Positions 20,098-30,100 of a DNA stretch of 64,000 bases are shown one piece after another (the stretch's first letter is position 1; each line of letters begins with the position of its first letter). Below the pieces are notes generated by a model. It was given only the letters and a program-made list of their open reading frames with translations, was not told where the DNA came from and ran no database searches. The translations under genes and the position numbers were made by a program. The DNA comes from Tabrizicola sp. (GTDB lineage: Bacteria > Pseudomonadota > Alphaproteobacteria > Rhodobacterales > Rhodobacteraceae), in contig NZ_JBOFBI010000170.1 of assembly GCF_051645465.1 (NCBI RefSeq), positions 187-64,186 of the forward strand, given 5' to 3'.

Positions 20098-21168
20098 TCA
20101 GTCATCCGGCCACCAGCCGGGCGAGGTGGCCGCGCCGTCATCGTACTGCGACAGCCACTTGGTCATCGCATCGCGATTGCGCAGGAAACCCTTGTACGCG
20201 GCAAGATCGGGATGGATGTCGCGCACCACCCGGTGCAGGCGGCGGCCCCATTTCGGCACCGTGACCAGCTCCTCGAACTTGCCCAGATAGCAGCGGATAT
20301 CGAAGGCAATCGCGTTCGACCGGGGCAGCCGGTACAGCGACTGAAGCTCCACCCGCAGGTGCATCTTGTGGCCCATGTTTTCATGGGTCAGCGTCGTGCG
20401 GTCCGGCCCCCATTTCGGATAGGTCTCGGGCGCGGTATCCAGAAGCGGGTTCACCGTCATCGTCCAGTTGAAGCGCCTGACCGGCGCGCCGTGCTGCAGC
20501 TTCAGAAGGAACTTCAGCGCCCGGTCGAAGATGCCCTTCGGGTGTGCCAAAGGCACGGGCGCATGCCACTCATGGAAATTCATCCCGATATCGAAATCGA
20601 CCGACCAGTCCGCCTGGCTGGTGGCGATCCCTGCATCCATCCAGAGCGTCCCGTCACGTTCGTCCTGCAAAGTCCAGTCGCCCTGGGTCTGGCGCATGAT
20701 GTACTCGAACGGGCCATAGGGCAGCGTCGATTCGTCCAGGAATGTGAACGAATGGTCGATACCAAGCGGCCGGTTGATCCAGTGCCAGCGGTTTCCGGTC
20801 TTCTCCAGCGAAAACCACTCCGGATACTCCCGCGCCTTGGTCTCCATGATCAGTTCCAGGGTATCCCAGCCCGCCAGGGTCATATGCGGCAGCGACTGGC
20901 AGCGGAGCGGGTCCTCGGCCAGTACCTTGGCCCGGTCGATCATCTCGGCGACGTAGTGTTCGTCGACGTCGAGGGTCTTCTCGAAAACGCTGCCCTTGCG
21001 GCCCGGAACATGCGGCTCAAGGTTGACCGCGTACATGTAGTCGTCACGGTCGAAAGGGAACGGGAAGCGTTTGATATAATGCGGAGAATTCCGGTAGGTG
21101 AAGTCGCCCCGGAACGTCTCGTCCTTGAAGAACTCGCTGAAGGCGCCGGGCTTGAAATCAAGGCTCAT
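20098..21168 (-). CDS. dmmC: Haem-dependent oxidative N-demethylase / dimethylamine monooxygenase subunit (DUF3445)
   Basis: RFPFPF, QTQGD, GMNFHEWHAPVP, RFNWT and LRVELQ; position in the operon. Confidence 0.85.
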   Translation of the reverse strand: MSLDFKPGAFSEFFKDETFRGDFTYRNSPHYIKRFPFPFDRDDYMYAVNLEPHVPGRKGSVFEKTLDVDEHYVAEMIDRAKVLAEDPLRCQSLPHMTLAGWDTLELIMETKAREYPEWFSLEKTGNRWHWINRPLGIDHSFTFLDESTLPYGPFEYIMRQTQGDWTLQDERDGTLWMDAGIATSQADWSVDFDIGMNFHEWHAPVPLAHPKGIFDRALKFLLKLQHGAPVRRFNWTMTVNPLLDTAPETYPKWGPDRTTLTHENMGHKMHLRVELQSLYRLPRSNAIAFDIRCYLGKFEELVTVPKWGRRLHRVVRDIHPDLAAYKGFLRNRDAMTKWLSQYDDGAATSPGWWPDD

Positions 21169-21178
21169 GGGTCCCCTC

Positions 21179-22138
21179 CTATCGGTCAAGGACGAGGGTC
21201 TTGCCCTCGAAACGGCTCACGCAGGGCATGATCTTCTTGCCCGACGCATGGTCTTCGTCGCTCAGCCAATGGTCACGATGCAGGATCGTCCCATCGCATT
21301 CATGAACATTCGTTTCGCATTGTCCGCAGGCCCCGCCCCGACACAGATAGGGCGCGTCGACGCCCGCCGCCTCGATCGCCTCCAGAAGCGATTGGGCCGT
21401 CCCGACTGTGATCGTCTTGCCCGACACCGCCAGTTCCACGGTGAAGGGCTTGCCGGTCCCAGGCGCCAGAAACTCCTCATGATGCAGCGCGAGCTTCGGC
21501 CAGCCCATCGTCTCTGCCGTCGAGAGCACCCAGTTGATCATCCCCTTCGGACCGCAGACATAAAGATGCGTGCCGATCGGCTGCATCGCCAGAACGCGCG
21601 AAAGATCGATCTGTTGCCCTTGATCGTCGAAATAGCAGTGCACCCGGTCCGGATGAGCCGCCGTCAGGCGGTCCATATAGGCCCCTAGGGCCTTGGTCCG
21701 GGCCGAGTAGTGCAGCTCGAACCGCCCCCCGAAATGCGTCAGCTGCGCGATCTGCGCCAGGAACGGAGTAATCCCGATCCCCCCGGCGAGCATAAGATGC
21801 TTCCGCGCCCGGTTGTCCAATGGGAACAGATTCACCGGATGCGAGATCACCATCTCCATCCCCGGCTTGACGTGGCGGTGCATGTACAACGACCCACCCC
21901 GACCCTGATCGTCGCGCCGGACAGATATCTCGTAGCCCGACCGGTCCTCGGGATCCGACATAAGCGAATAAGGATTCATCCTGCGAGTGCCATGGTCATC
22001 CATCTCGACCACAGTATGTGCCCCGCCCGAAAACGCCGGCAGTTCGGACCCGTCACGGGCCACAAAACGGAACCGCGTCACCAGATCATTCACCGGCACG
22101 ACCTCTGCCACGCGGACCAAAAGCTTGGCGACACTCAT
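21179..22138 (-). CDS. dmmB: PDR/VanB-type flavin/[2Fe-2S] reductase of DMA monooxygenase
   Basis: NPYSL, GGIGITPF, YVCGP and CRGGACGQC...C. Confidence 0.85.
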   Translation of the reverse strand: MSVAKLLVRVAEVVPVNDLVTRFRFVARDGSELPAFSGGAHTVVEMDDHGTRRMNPYSLMSDPEDRSGYEISVRRDDQGRGGSLYMHRHVKPGMEMVISHPVNLFPLDNRARKHLMLAGGIGITPFLAQIAQLTHFGGRFELHYSARTKALGAYMDRLTAAHPDRVHCYFDDQGQQIDLSRVLAMQPIGTHLYVCGPKGMINWVLSTAETMGWPKLALHHEEFLAPGTGKPFTVELAVSGKTITVGTAQSLLEAIEAAGVDAPYLCRGGACGQCETNVHECDGTILHRDHWLSDEDHASGKKIMPCVSRFEGKTLVLDR

Positions 22139-22782
22139 TTGAACCTCACGACGCTTTCCGGCACCTGCCCCGGGTCCTCCGCATCGATGTTCACCCCCTG
22201 GAACGCCGCAAGACGACGGGAATAATGGTCGCGGACAAAGAGGTTAAGCCCGCAATGGCTGCACTTGAACGGATCGGTCGCCACGTTCTCGGTGATCCCC
22301 TTGCAATGTACGCACTGCACCCGGCGAAGGGTCGACCCGCGATGCTCTTTCTGGATCGCCGCAAAGGGAAACCCCGTCGCCATGATGTCGCGCTCGGCCT
22401 GGCCGATCAGACCCTCGCTTCCCGCGAGGTAGAACTGGGTCCCCATATGGGTGTCTGACAGCACCCGCTGCAGACGCGGCAACAGCGCGGGAATCGTCGG
22501 GGCGCGGAAGAACTGCGCCGCTCCCAGACCCTCCAGCGCCGCAGCATGATCGACACCGGTCGGCCCAGGACAATACATCACATGCCCGGCCGCCAAGATA
22601 AGCGAACGATCATTCGCTTTCTTCAGCATGTCGATCACCGCATCGGCCCCCTCACCATCGGCCACAATCACATGCAGCTTGCCCGGCCGCGGCTCTAGGG
22701 GCGCGTAGACCGGTCGACTGCGGATCGACTTGGCATCAACTGGGGTCAGGTTGGTCTTCACGGGCTCCGGTTCCTTGGTCAA
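22135..22782 (-). CDS. dmmA: Dimethylamine monooxygenase subunit DmmA family
   Basis: SIRSRPVY, RRVQCVHCKG..CSHCG and VRDHYSRRLAAFQG; TTG start uncertain. Confidence 0.82.
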   Translation of the reverse strand: MTKEPEPVKTNLTPVDAKSIRSRPVYAPLEPRPGKLHVIVADGEGADAVIDMLKKANDRSLILAAGHVMYCPGPTGVDHAAALEGLGAAQFFRAPTIPALLPRLQRVLSDTHMGTQFYLAGSEGLIGQAERDIMATGFPFAAIQKEHRGSTLRRVQCVHCKGITENVATDPFKCSHCGLNLFVRDHYSRRLAAFQGVNIDAEDPGQVPESVVRFK

Positions 22783-22812
22783 TGGGCCCGCCTCGCAGCG
22801 GACCCCAGTCGG

Positions 22813-23952
22813 TCAGTCCTTCGCAGAACGACGCTTCTTCTCCACGTCGTAGAACGGCAGCGAATGCGTCTCGGCCTTGATCTCGCCATGGGTGGCGCAG
22901 TTGACGACAAGCTTCTTCCCGTTCACCGCCAGATCGACCGGCAGGCGCGCAATTGCCACGGTCCAGTCGTTCAGCGGCGAATACATCGCTTGCGTGACCA
23001 GACCCACCTGCTTGTCCTTCTTGAAGACCGGCGCGCCGTTGCCCGGCACCTTCTTGCCCTCAAGCTTCAGCCCCCAGATCTTGAACCGCTCGCGGCCCTT
23101 CAGCCGATAATGCTCCTCGGCCCCCCGGAAGCCCACCTTGCCGGGCGTCACGGTAAAGTCGAGGCCGAGCTCCCACAACGTGTCCCCCGGCCCCTCATCC
23201 GCAAACGGATACATCTCGGAATTGTCGAAAGGATAGAACAATAGATAGCTCTCGGTCCGCAGCATATCCAGCGTAGTGAAGCGGCAGGGGATGATCCCCA
23301 TCTTCTTGCCCTCGGCCAGAATGCGGTCCCAGATCTCCACCGCATCCTGCCCCCGGCAGAAGATCTCATACCCCCGCTCACCCGTGTACCCGGTCCGCGA
23401 CAGGGTAATGGGCTTCCCGAACAGCGACGTCGGCATATGGCTCATGTAGGGCAGCCCCCGGACACCGGGGATGTGCTTTTCCAGATACTGCACCGCCAAC
23501 GGCCCCTGCAGCGACAGGTCGTGCAGGTTGTCGTCGAAGCGGACCGATACATCCCGCCCCGTCGCCGCCATCGTCAGCTGCTCGTGCCCCTGACCCGAGC
23601 CATGCACCACCGTGAAGGAATTGGGCCCAAATCGGTAGATCAGGCAGTCGTCGATGAACTTGCCCGCGTCATTCAGCATGCAGGCGTAGATCGCCCGCCC
23701 CGGCATGAGCTTTTCCATGTTCCGGGTCGTGGCCCGTTCGATCACATGCGACGCCGCCGGCCCGGTAATGTGCACCTTCTTCAGACCCGAGACGTCCATC
23801 AGCCCCGCCTTGGTGCGGATCGCCATGTACTCGGCATCCGGGTCGCCCTTCGCGTAGGACCAGGCGGTCCCCATCCCGCTCCAGTCCTCCAGATTTGACC
23901 CAAGCGCACGGTGGCGGTCCATCAACGCGGAAAAACGCCAGGAATTGGTCAT
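22813..23952 (-). CDS. dmmD: THF-binding aminomethyltransferase subunit of DMA monooxygenase
   Basis: GcvT motifs DVSGLKK and SRTGYTGERGYE; first gene of dmmDABC. Confidence 0.82.
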   Translation of the reverse strand: MTNSWRFSALMDRHRALGSNLEDWSGMGTAWSYAKGDPDAEYMAIRTKAGLMDVSGLKKVHITGPAASHVIERATTRNMEKLMPGRAIYACMLNDAGKFIDDCLIYRFGPNSFTVVHGSGQGHEQLTMAATGRDVSVRFDDNLHDLSLQGPLAVQYLEKHIPGVRGLPYMSHMPTSLFGKPITLSRTGYTGERGYEIFCRGQDAVEIWDRILAEGKKMGIIPCRFTTLDMLRTESYLLFYPFDNSEMYPFADEGPGDTLWELGLDFTVTPGKVGFRGAEEHYRLKGRERFKIWGLKLEGKKVPGNGAPVFKKDKQVGLVTQAMYSPLNDWTVAIARLPVDLAVNGKKLVVNCATHGEIKAETHSLPFYDVEKKRRSAKD

Positions 23953-23998
23953 CTGCACTCTCCCTGAGTGGTTGTTCTTTTGCGCCAAGTGTCAGGCG

Positions 23999-24054
23999 AT
24001 TCCCGCCAGAAAGCAATAATCAAGTGCAACAATCTTTCTTGCCAGAAAACAATT
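23999..24054. promoter_or_regulatory. Two copies of the candidate methylamine-regulon motif upstream of dmmD
   Basis: ATTC-CCGCCA-GAAAGCAAT at 23999 and TTTC-TTGCCA-GAAAACAATT at 24035. Confidence 0.5.
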
Positions 24055-24060
24055 GCCCAA

Positions 24061-24090
24061 AGAAAAGGCCGCCTCGACGGGCGGCCTTTC
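24061..24090 (-). terminator. Rho-independent terminator after the APC permease
   Basis: AAAGGCCGCC...GGCGGCCTTT hairpin followed by a T-run on the minus strand. Confidence 0.7.
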
Positions 24091-24108
24091 CGGATGCTTG
24101 TCGGCGCC

Positions 24109-25941
24109 TCACTCGGCAGGGGCGCTGCTGAACCAGGTCAGGGGCTGCAGAAGATAGTCGCCAAACGCCATGCGTTCGGTATCCGGCAGCACGAAGTACC
24201 AGTTCGCGATCAGCACGACCAACGCACCGGCAATCAGCGTCAGGTAAGGCAGCATGCCCGCCTTCTTCTGCCCAAGATCGCCGTAGGCAAGGCCAAGGTC
24301 GTCGTAGGCCTCTTTCGGGAACTTGCCGCCGTCCTGGACATAGTGGCGGAACCAGAACACCGGGACGATCAGCGCCGCAAAGACCAGACCCGACAGAAGC
24401 GCACCGGAATAGCCCCAGACCTTCGCGCCCGCCCCAAGGAACAGGATGTTGACGAAAGCCAGAAGCGTGTTCACCCCGATCAGCCACGATGGCGCCCTCC
24501 ACGGACGTTCCATATGCGCCGAGTCGATCCGGTGGATCCAGCCTGCATTCAGGTTCAGGAAGTTGAACAGGATGTAGCCGACGTTGGAAATCGCCAGCAC
24601 GTAGAAGTAGCCCCCGATGTCCGACGCGAGCGCCAGCAGGAACACGTTGAAGGCAAAGTCCGTCCACATCGCCCGGCGTGGCGCGCCATGTTCGTTGACC
24701 GTGCCCAGGTACTTCGGCAGCCAGCCATCGCGCGAGCCCTGATAAAGCGTGCGCGACGATCCGGCCATCGCGGTCATGATCGCCAGGAACAGCGCCATGA
24801 TCATCAGGATCACGAAGATCTGGGTGATCACCGCCCCGCCGCCGATCATGTTGCCCATCGCCTCGCCGACGCCCGTTCCGTCGACAATCCCCGCCGCCAG
24901 CATGCCCTCGGTGCCAAGAACGCCCTGGAACGAGAACGGGATGAGGAAGAAGAACAGGCAGCACAGGAGGCCCGAGTAGAAGATCGCCCGGAACGTATCG
25001 GTCTTCGGGTCCTTCAGCTCACGGGTATAGCAGACCGCGGTTTCAAAGCCGTAGGTCGACCAGGCAGCGATATAAAGGCCGCCGAGGAACAGCGTCCAGC
25101 CGCCGATGTTCCACTCGCCATCGACGCCCGAATAGGCGGCCGTTGGCGGCACGAGGTTCGTCACGTTCATCCAGTTGATCGACCCGTTCAGGATCGGGAC
25201 CAGGCCAACCAGCAAAAGCGGCACCAGCACGATGATTGCCAGCCACTTCTGGGCGCTTGCGGTCGAGGCGATGCCGCGTTCCTGGATCAAGAGGATAATC
25301 AGCATAAGGGCCACGCCGACCACGAAGTACGAGTTGAAGTACAACGTCCCGAGGCCTGGGATCACAAGCGTGCCGGCTTCCCATGTGCGGAAGGCCGGTG
25401 TCAGCGCCGACACGCCATCAGCCGTCGCAACGGCCTGGATGGCAGCCTCGGCGGTCGTACCAGCATTTTCGGCCATGTAGGCCACCACAGACTCGGTCTG
25501 CGCCGTATAGTTGGCAAGGTTCGCCGTCACCCAGTCCAGCACCGGCTGGCTGTCGGCCAGCGGGATCGGGAAGAGCGCGTTCAGGATATAGCCCGCTGCG
25601 ATGACGCAGCCCAGCGACAGCACCGGCGACCAGGCGAACCAGTTGCACCACACCGACAAGGGCGCGATCAGCTTTGAATAGCGCAGCCAGGCCGTAGCAC
25701 CATAAACCGAGGTCCCGCCCGACTTATTGCCGAACATCCCGGCCATTTCGGCATAGGTGAAGCTTTGCAGAAAGCCCATGATCATCGAGATGATCCAGAC
25801 CGCGAAGGCCAGTTTCCCCGTCGTCCCGGCGATCCCGCCAATCGAGAAAAGCACCAGCGGCGGCACGCCGGCGGCGACCCAGAAGGCCCCCTTCCAGCTG
25901 AGCGCTCGGACCATCTGGCCCGATCCAGTTTCAGTCGTCAT
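24109..25941 (-). CDS. APC-family permease, probable TMA/TMAO transporter (TmoP-like)
   Basis: Multi-TM APC signatures (SFTYAEMAG, YGFETAVCYTRE, SSRTLYQGS); lies between tmm and dmm. Confidence 0.8.
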   Translation of the reverse strand: MTTETGSGQMVRALSWKGAFWVAAGVPPLVLFSIGGIAGTTGKLAFAVWIISMIMGFLQSFTYAEMAGMFGNKSGGTSVYGATAWLRYSKLIAPLSVWCNWFAWSPVLSLGCVIAAGYILNALFPIPLADSQPVLDWVTANLANYTAQTESVVAYMAENAGTTAEAAIQAVATADGVSALTPAFRTWEAGTLVIPGLGTLYFNSYFVVGVALMLIILLIQERGIASTASAQKWLAIIVLVPLLLVGLVPILNGSINWMNVTNLVPPTAAYSGVDGEWNIGGWTLFLGGLYIAAWSTYGFETAVCYTRELKDPKTDTFRAIFYSGLLCCLFFFLIPFSFQGVLGTEGMLAAGIVDGTGVGEAMGNMIGGGAVITQIFVILMIMALFLAIMTAMAGSSRTLYQGSRDGWLPKYLGTVNEHGAPRRAMWTDFAFNVFLLALASDIGGYFYVLAISNVGYILFNFLNLNAGWIHRIDSAHMERPWRAPSWLIGVNTLLAFVNILFLGAGAKVWGYSGALLSGLVFAALIVPVFWFRHYVQDGGKFPKEAYDDLGLAYGDLGQKKAGMLPYLTLIAGALVVLIANWYFVLPDTERMAFGDYLLQPLTWFSSAPAE

Positions 25942-26233
25942 TCCCTCACTCCTGTTGGACGGCGCAGACGGCGCTTGGGCAGCACTTGAGGCTTGCCCTT
26001 TTCTCCGTTGCGCCTTGATTGGTCTTCACAGCGGACGTGGTGCGAACTTCCTTGTCTCGGGCTTCCTGCCTTCTCCTTCGTCCGCCGCAGTTTAGTGTCA
26101 GACCCGGTGTCCCCTGCGACCTGACGTCCCAAAGAAAAGCACGGGCGCACATCCATGGCGAGAAAAAATTGAGCCTTACGAAAGTATGTTTCCCAGAAAT
26201 CACGGTTTGCCGGGGTGATCCCGCCCAAAAACA

Positions 26234-26259
26234 ATGCGGCGCCGTCCGGGGCGCCGCAT
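26234..26259 (-). terminator. Rho-independent terminator after tmm
   Basis: ATGCGGCGCC-N6-GGCGCCGCAT followed by TGTTTTT on the minus strand. Confidence 0.65.
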
Positions 26260-26280
26260 CGGTTCACGTCTCAACGAAGG

Positions 26281-27630
26281 TCAGTTCTTGAGGTAACTCT
26301 CCATCGAATCCTCCAGCGCATCCTTCCAGGGCGTGTGGTGGACCGGCGCCATCGTCCCGGTGATCACCGACTTGTAGGCGTTGTCGCGGAAAGTCATGAT
26401 CCCCTTCTTCTTGTCGTCCTTCCAGTCGTAGAAGGCCTGGCAGGCGCCATCGACATCGAAGTCCGGATAGTCCGTCTCGGCGATCAGCTCTTTCACGTAA
26501 TCGCCCTGATAGTGGATCGCGTCATGCGCGTCCTGCCCCGCATCCTCATGCGCCACCCGGTCCTCGACATCCTTGAGCAGCACCGCCTTGTCCGCCGGGA
26601 TCGCGATCCGCCCCATGATCGCGTCACGCACCCACCAGGCTTGCGCGTCGAACATGTTGAAGGTGAACCACTGGTCCTGCATGCCCAGGTAAAAGAGCTT
26701 CGGGTTATGCACCCAGGCGACGCCTTTATAGAGGTCCGCCGTCGCCAGCCGGTTCGCCGTCTTCAGCCGCAGATCGTCGGGCAGGAACGGGAAGTGGTGC
26801 TTGTACCCGGTGCAAAGGATGATCGCGTCGATCTTCTTCGACGTCCCGTCCCCGAAATAGGCCGTATGCTCGTCCACCCGCACAAGCCCCGGCTTCTCCT
26901 CCCAGTTCGAGGGCCAGCCAAACCCCATCGGCGCCCGGCGGTACGTGCTGGTGACCGACTTCGCGCCGTACTTCCAGCACTGGCTGCCCACATCCTCGGC
27001 CGAATAGGACGTCCCCATGATCAGGATGTCCTTGCCCGAAAACTCCCGCGCATCGCGGAAGTCATGCGCATGCAGGACGCGGCCGTTGAACTTGTCGAAA
27101 CCGGGGTACTCCGGGACATTCGGCACCGAGAAATGGCCCGAGGCGACAATCACATTGTCGAACTCCTCGCTGTACATCCGGTCGGCCTTCAGGTCATGGA
27201 CCATGACCGTGAAGTTGCCCTTGCCCTCGTTGTAGGTCACCATCCGGACGGTCGTCGAAAACCGGATCCAGTCCCGCACGCCCGCCTTCTTCACCCGGCC
27301 CTCGATGTAATCGAACAGCACGGCCCGCGGCGGATAACTGGCGATCTGCTTGCCGAAATGCTCCTCGAACGAATAGTCGGCGAACTCCAGCCCTTCCTTC
27401 GGCCCGTTCGACCAGAGATAGCGGTACATGCTGCAGTGGACCGGCTCACCATATTCATCCAGGCCCGTGCGCCAGGTATAATTCCAAAGGCCGCCCCAGT
27501 TCGCCTGCTTCTCGAAACACACGATCTCGGGGATATCCGCCCCTTTGGCCTTGGCCGACTGGAACGCGCGCAGTTGCGCCAGGCCCGACGGCCCCGCCCC
27601 GATCACCGCGACTCTCTTGTTCATTCTCAA
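26281..27630 (-). CDS. tmm: Trimethylamine monooxygenase (flavin-containing monooxygenase)
   Basis: [34 protein letters not shown] motif [11 protein letters not shown] and [10 protein letters not shown]. Confidence 0.93.
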   Translation of the reverse strand: MRMNKRVAVIGAGPSGLAQLRAFQSAKAKGADIPEIVCFEKQANWGGLWNYTWRTGLDEYGEPVHCSMYRYLWSNGPKEGLEFADYSFEEHFGKQIASYPPRAVLFDYIEGRVKKAGVRDWIRFSTTVRMVTYNEGKGNFTVMVHDLKADRMYSEEFDNVIVASGHFSVPNVPEYPGFDKFNGRVLHAHDFRDAREFSGKDILIMGTSYSAEDVGSQCWKYGAKSVTSTYRRAPMGFGWPSNWEEKPGLVRVDEHTAYFGDGTSKKIDAIILCTGYKHHFPFLPDDLRLKTANRLATADLYKGVAWVHNPKLFYLGMQDQWFTFNMFDAQAWWVRDAIMGRIAIPADKAVLLKDVEDRVAHEDAGQDAHDAIHYQGDYVKELIAETDYPDFDVDGACQAFYDWKDDKKKGIMTFRDNAYKSVITGTMAPVHHTPWKDALEDSMESYLKN

Positions 27631-27805
27631 CCTCCGGATGCTGGCGTGTTCTTCGCGCTTGCCGCGCTGGTTTTCGGGTCAAGCTTTAGGGATAGTTGCG
27701 CCTCTGTCAAATCTTCTTCCTGTCGGTAAACAAAGCTGACCCCGAAGGCAGGCGCCCCCGGGGCCTCAAGCACAACTTCTGCGCGAAACTTAAGCGGATT
27801 GCGTG

Positions 27806-28222
27806 CTACCTCGCAACCGTCACCGTGCACCCGGCCTGTCCGGCGACCTCGGCTGCGACCGAGCCCAGCACCAACCGCTTCACCCCGCGCTTGTCACCCG
27901 TACCCATCACGATGTGATCCGCCCCGATCTCCTCGGCATAAGCGATGATCGCCGGACCCGCCGTGCGCGACACCACCGCCACCGTGCCCACGTCGTTGGC
28001 TCCGGCCGCCTTGGCCTCGGCTTCCGCCTTCTTCAGGATCGCCTCGGCCTCCTCATCCGGCCACTGGTTGATCAGCGGCCCACGCACCCCTCCCAGCGCC
28101 AGGTTGATCGCGCAGATCGTGAGGTGCGACCCGGTCAGCTTGGCCAGCTCTGCCGCCTTGACCACCCCGACCATCGCATGGTCCGATCCATCGGTCGGGC
28201 AGAGTATCTTCTTCGTCATCAC
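27806..28222 (-). CDS. Universal stress protein
   Basis: KILCPTDGS and IVMGTG...LGSVAAEV. Confidence 0.9.
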   Translation of the reverse strand: MMTKKILCPTDGSDHAMVGVVKAAELAKLTGSHLTICAINLALGGVRGPLINQWPDEEAEAILKKAEAEAKAAGANDVGTVAVVSRTAGPAIIAYAEEIGADHIVMGTGDKRGVKRLVLGSVAAEVAGQAGCTVTVAR

Positions 28223-28280
28223 ATCCTCCTCGGCTTGGTTGACGTCCGGGCCACGACATCACCAAATGCGGAAGGACGCC

Positions 28281-28294
28281 TTGACCTGCGTCAA
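28281..28294. promoter_or_regulatory. FNR/FnrL-type box
   Basis: TTGACCTGCGTCAA between the divergent USP and cupin genes. Confidence 0.7.
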
Positions 28295-28329
28295 TAAATT
28301 TTACCCACCAGTAAACTCTGGAGCGCACC

Positions 28330-28692
28330 ATGCAGCCGATCGACCCCAAGGACCGCAAGATCGCCAACATCCACAACGCCGCCTACCAGCCCTTCGCCTA
28401 CCCCGACGGCGAGATGCTTGGCGACACGATCCTGCAGCTTGACGATGGGAAAGAGCTTGGCATCGGCTTCCACGTCTACCGCATGCCCCCCGGCATGACG
28501 ACCCGCGGCCACCGCCACAACGGGCATGAGCAGTTCCTGATCCTTGAGGGCGAGCTTCATGAAAGCGACGGCACAGTGCTGCGGGCCGGGGATATGGTGT
28601 TCTACCGTGACGGGACCGAACACCATTCGTACTCCCCGAACGGCTGCCTTCTGGCCGTCCACATCGCCGGACCGGAAATCCCGGTCGACTAA
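28330..28692 (+). CDS. Cupin domain protein (ChrR-like)
   Basis: HRHNGHEQFLILEG...GTEHHS; GGAG SD. Confidence 0.85.
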   Translation: MQPIDPKDRKIANIHNAAYQPFAYPDGEMLGDTILQLDDGKELGIGFHVYRMPPGMTTRGHRHNGHEQFLILEGELHESDGTVLRAGDMVFYRDGTEHHSYSPNGCLLAVHIAGPEIPVD

Positions 28693-28694
28693 GT

Positions 28695-29414
28695 CTAGCG
28701 CGGCATCTCGCTGTAGGGGCAGACATCATCCTCAAACGGCACATGCCGCCGCCGGAACTGCGCCCCTTCCACAATCTCCGGCCGGCTGATCCGGTCCATG
28801 CGGAAATGGCGGAAACCGGCGCGGGCGGGATCCCAGGCCACCAGATACCAAAGCGGCGGCAAAAGCAGCATGGCCTGCGGTTCAACCTCGCGCCGCGTTT
28901 CGGCGCCCTTCGCGTCGCGGTACAGAAACCGCAGGCACAATTGCTGCAGAAACGCCGTCTCGAAGCTGGGCAGCAGCGCCTCATCCATCGAACCCATGTC
29001 CGAGATATCCTGCTTCGGCGACAATTGCCCGACGTACAGGCAGTCAAGCAGGCGGCGAAGGTCTCTCACCTTGTCGGTGGGCAACGACTTCTCGATCTTG
29101 GCAAGCCCCGCATCGGCAAGGTCAGAGAACGGCAACGACCGCGCCGCCCGCATTGCCGCAACGCTGATCAGCAGCGCAAAGACCTCCGTCACGGAAAGCC
29201 GCGCGCTCGTCTGCAGCGATTGCGGGTCAAGCTGAAGCCCACCGCCCCGCCCGCATTCCGAATGGATGACAAAGCCCTGATCGCGCAGCGCCCCGATGTC
29301 GCGCAAAAGCGTTCGTCTCGAAGCACCCACCTCCCCGGCCAGATCGTTGACCGTCGAGGTTCCGTTGCGACGAAGGATACGCACGATGGCGTCATGTCTG
29401 AGGCGCGGGTTCAT
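28695..29414 (-). CDS. HTH-WYL domain transcriptional regulator (YafY-like)
   Basis: RRTLLRDIGALRDQG..GRGGG winged HTH; WYLVAWD..R..FRMDRI. Confidence 0.92.
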   Translation of the reverse strand: MNPRLRHDAIVRILRRNGTSTVNDLAGEVGASRRTLLRDIGALRDQGFVIHSECGRGGGLQLDPQSLQTSARLSVTEVFALLISVAAMRAARSLPFSDLADAGLAKIEKSLPTDKVRDLRRLLDCLYVGQLSPKQDISDMGSMDEALLPSFETAFLQQLCLRFLYRDAKGAETRREVEPQAMLLLPPLWYLVAWDPARAGFRHFRMDRISRPEIVEGAQFRRRHVPFEDDVCPYSEMPR

Positions 29415-29436
29415 TTCCGCAAGGTAGCACATTTGA

Positions 29437-29451
29437 TGCCAAAATCTGGCA
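29437..29451. promoter_or_regulatory. Candidate operator for the WYL regulator
   Basis: TGCCA-AAATC-TGGCA inverted repeat between the divergent WYL and RidA genes. Confidence 0.5.
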
Positions 29452-29499
29452 CCGTTTTACTCTAGGCCGATCATGGTCAACTCAACACGGAGAGCGAAC

Positions 29500-29916
29500 A
29501 TGACGTCCCCTGGCAAAGCAACACCCACCATCGTAAATCCGACCCACCTTCACGACCCCACGCCGAACGGCTACAGCACCGCCGTCATCTCCCCGGCAGG
29601 CGGGCGGCTCGCCTTCATCTCCGGCCAGGGCGGGCAGGACCAGACCGGAGGCCTTTCGCCCGATTTCGGAGCCCAGGTCGCGCAGGCCTACGCCAACCTC
29701 GCCGCCGTCATCCAGGCTATTGGTGCACGGCCTGAGCAGGTCGTGAAACTGACGGTCTTCGTGGTCGACCACGACATGTCGAAGCTCGGCGTCCTGACCC
29801 GGAACGTGATGCAGATGTTCGGCAAGACGCTGCCCGCGCAGACACTGGTCCCGGTCCCCAAGCTCGCCATCGACCCCATGCTCTTCGAGGTCGAGGCCGT
29901 CGTTCTTCTGGACTGA
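29500..29916 (+). CDS. RidA/YjgF family protein
   Basis: GYSTAV, ISGQGG, VVKLTVFVV, PAQTLV and FEVEAV. Confidence 0.88.
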   Translation: MTSPGKATPTIVNPTHLHDPTPNGYSTAVISPAGGRLAFISGQGGQDQTGGLSPDFGAQVAQAYANLAAVIQAIGARPEQVVKLTVFVVDHDMSKLGVLTRNVMQMFGKTLPAQTLVPVPKLAIDPMLFEVEAVVLLD

Positions 29917-30100
29917 ACGGCCAGCCGCCCGCCGACACGCCAGTGGCGGCGGGCGGCCTGTCCAACAAGGAAAACCCCCCGGAGGTGCCGGGACTTCCGC
30001 TACCCAATGCAACGGGTCCCCCGATTTGGTTCGCCCTGCGGTTGATTGCGCGCTACGTTCATCGGACGCACGGCAATGCCACAGAACAAGGGAGCCCGGA

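Noticed and set aside
15712-23952. Glycine cleavage T proteins
   Set aside because: No gcvH or gcvP nearby; the DUF1989 fusion and dmm operon context indicate Tdm and DmmD
23968-25677. Long opposite-strand ORFs (also 26215-27729, 37588-39396, 40246-42021, 51882-53348, 53900-55483, and 57859-59397 upstream of the USP start)
   Set aside because: Antisense shadows of clear genes, as expected in high-GC DNA; no motifs and Arg/Pro/His-rich composition
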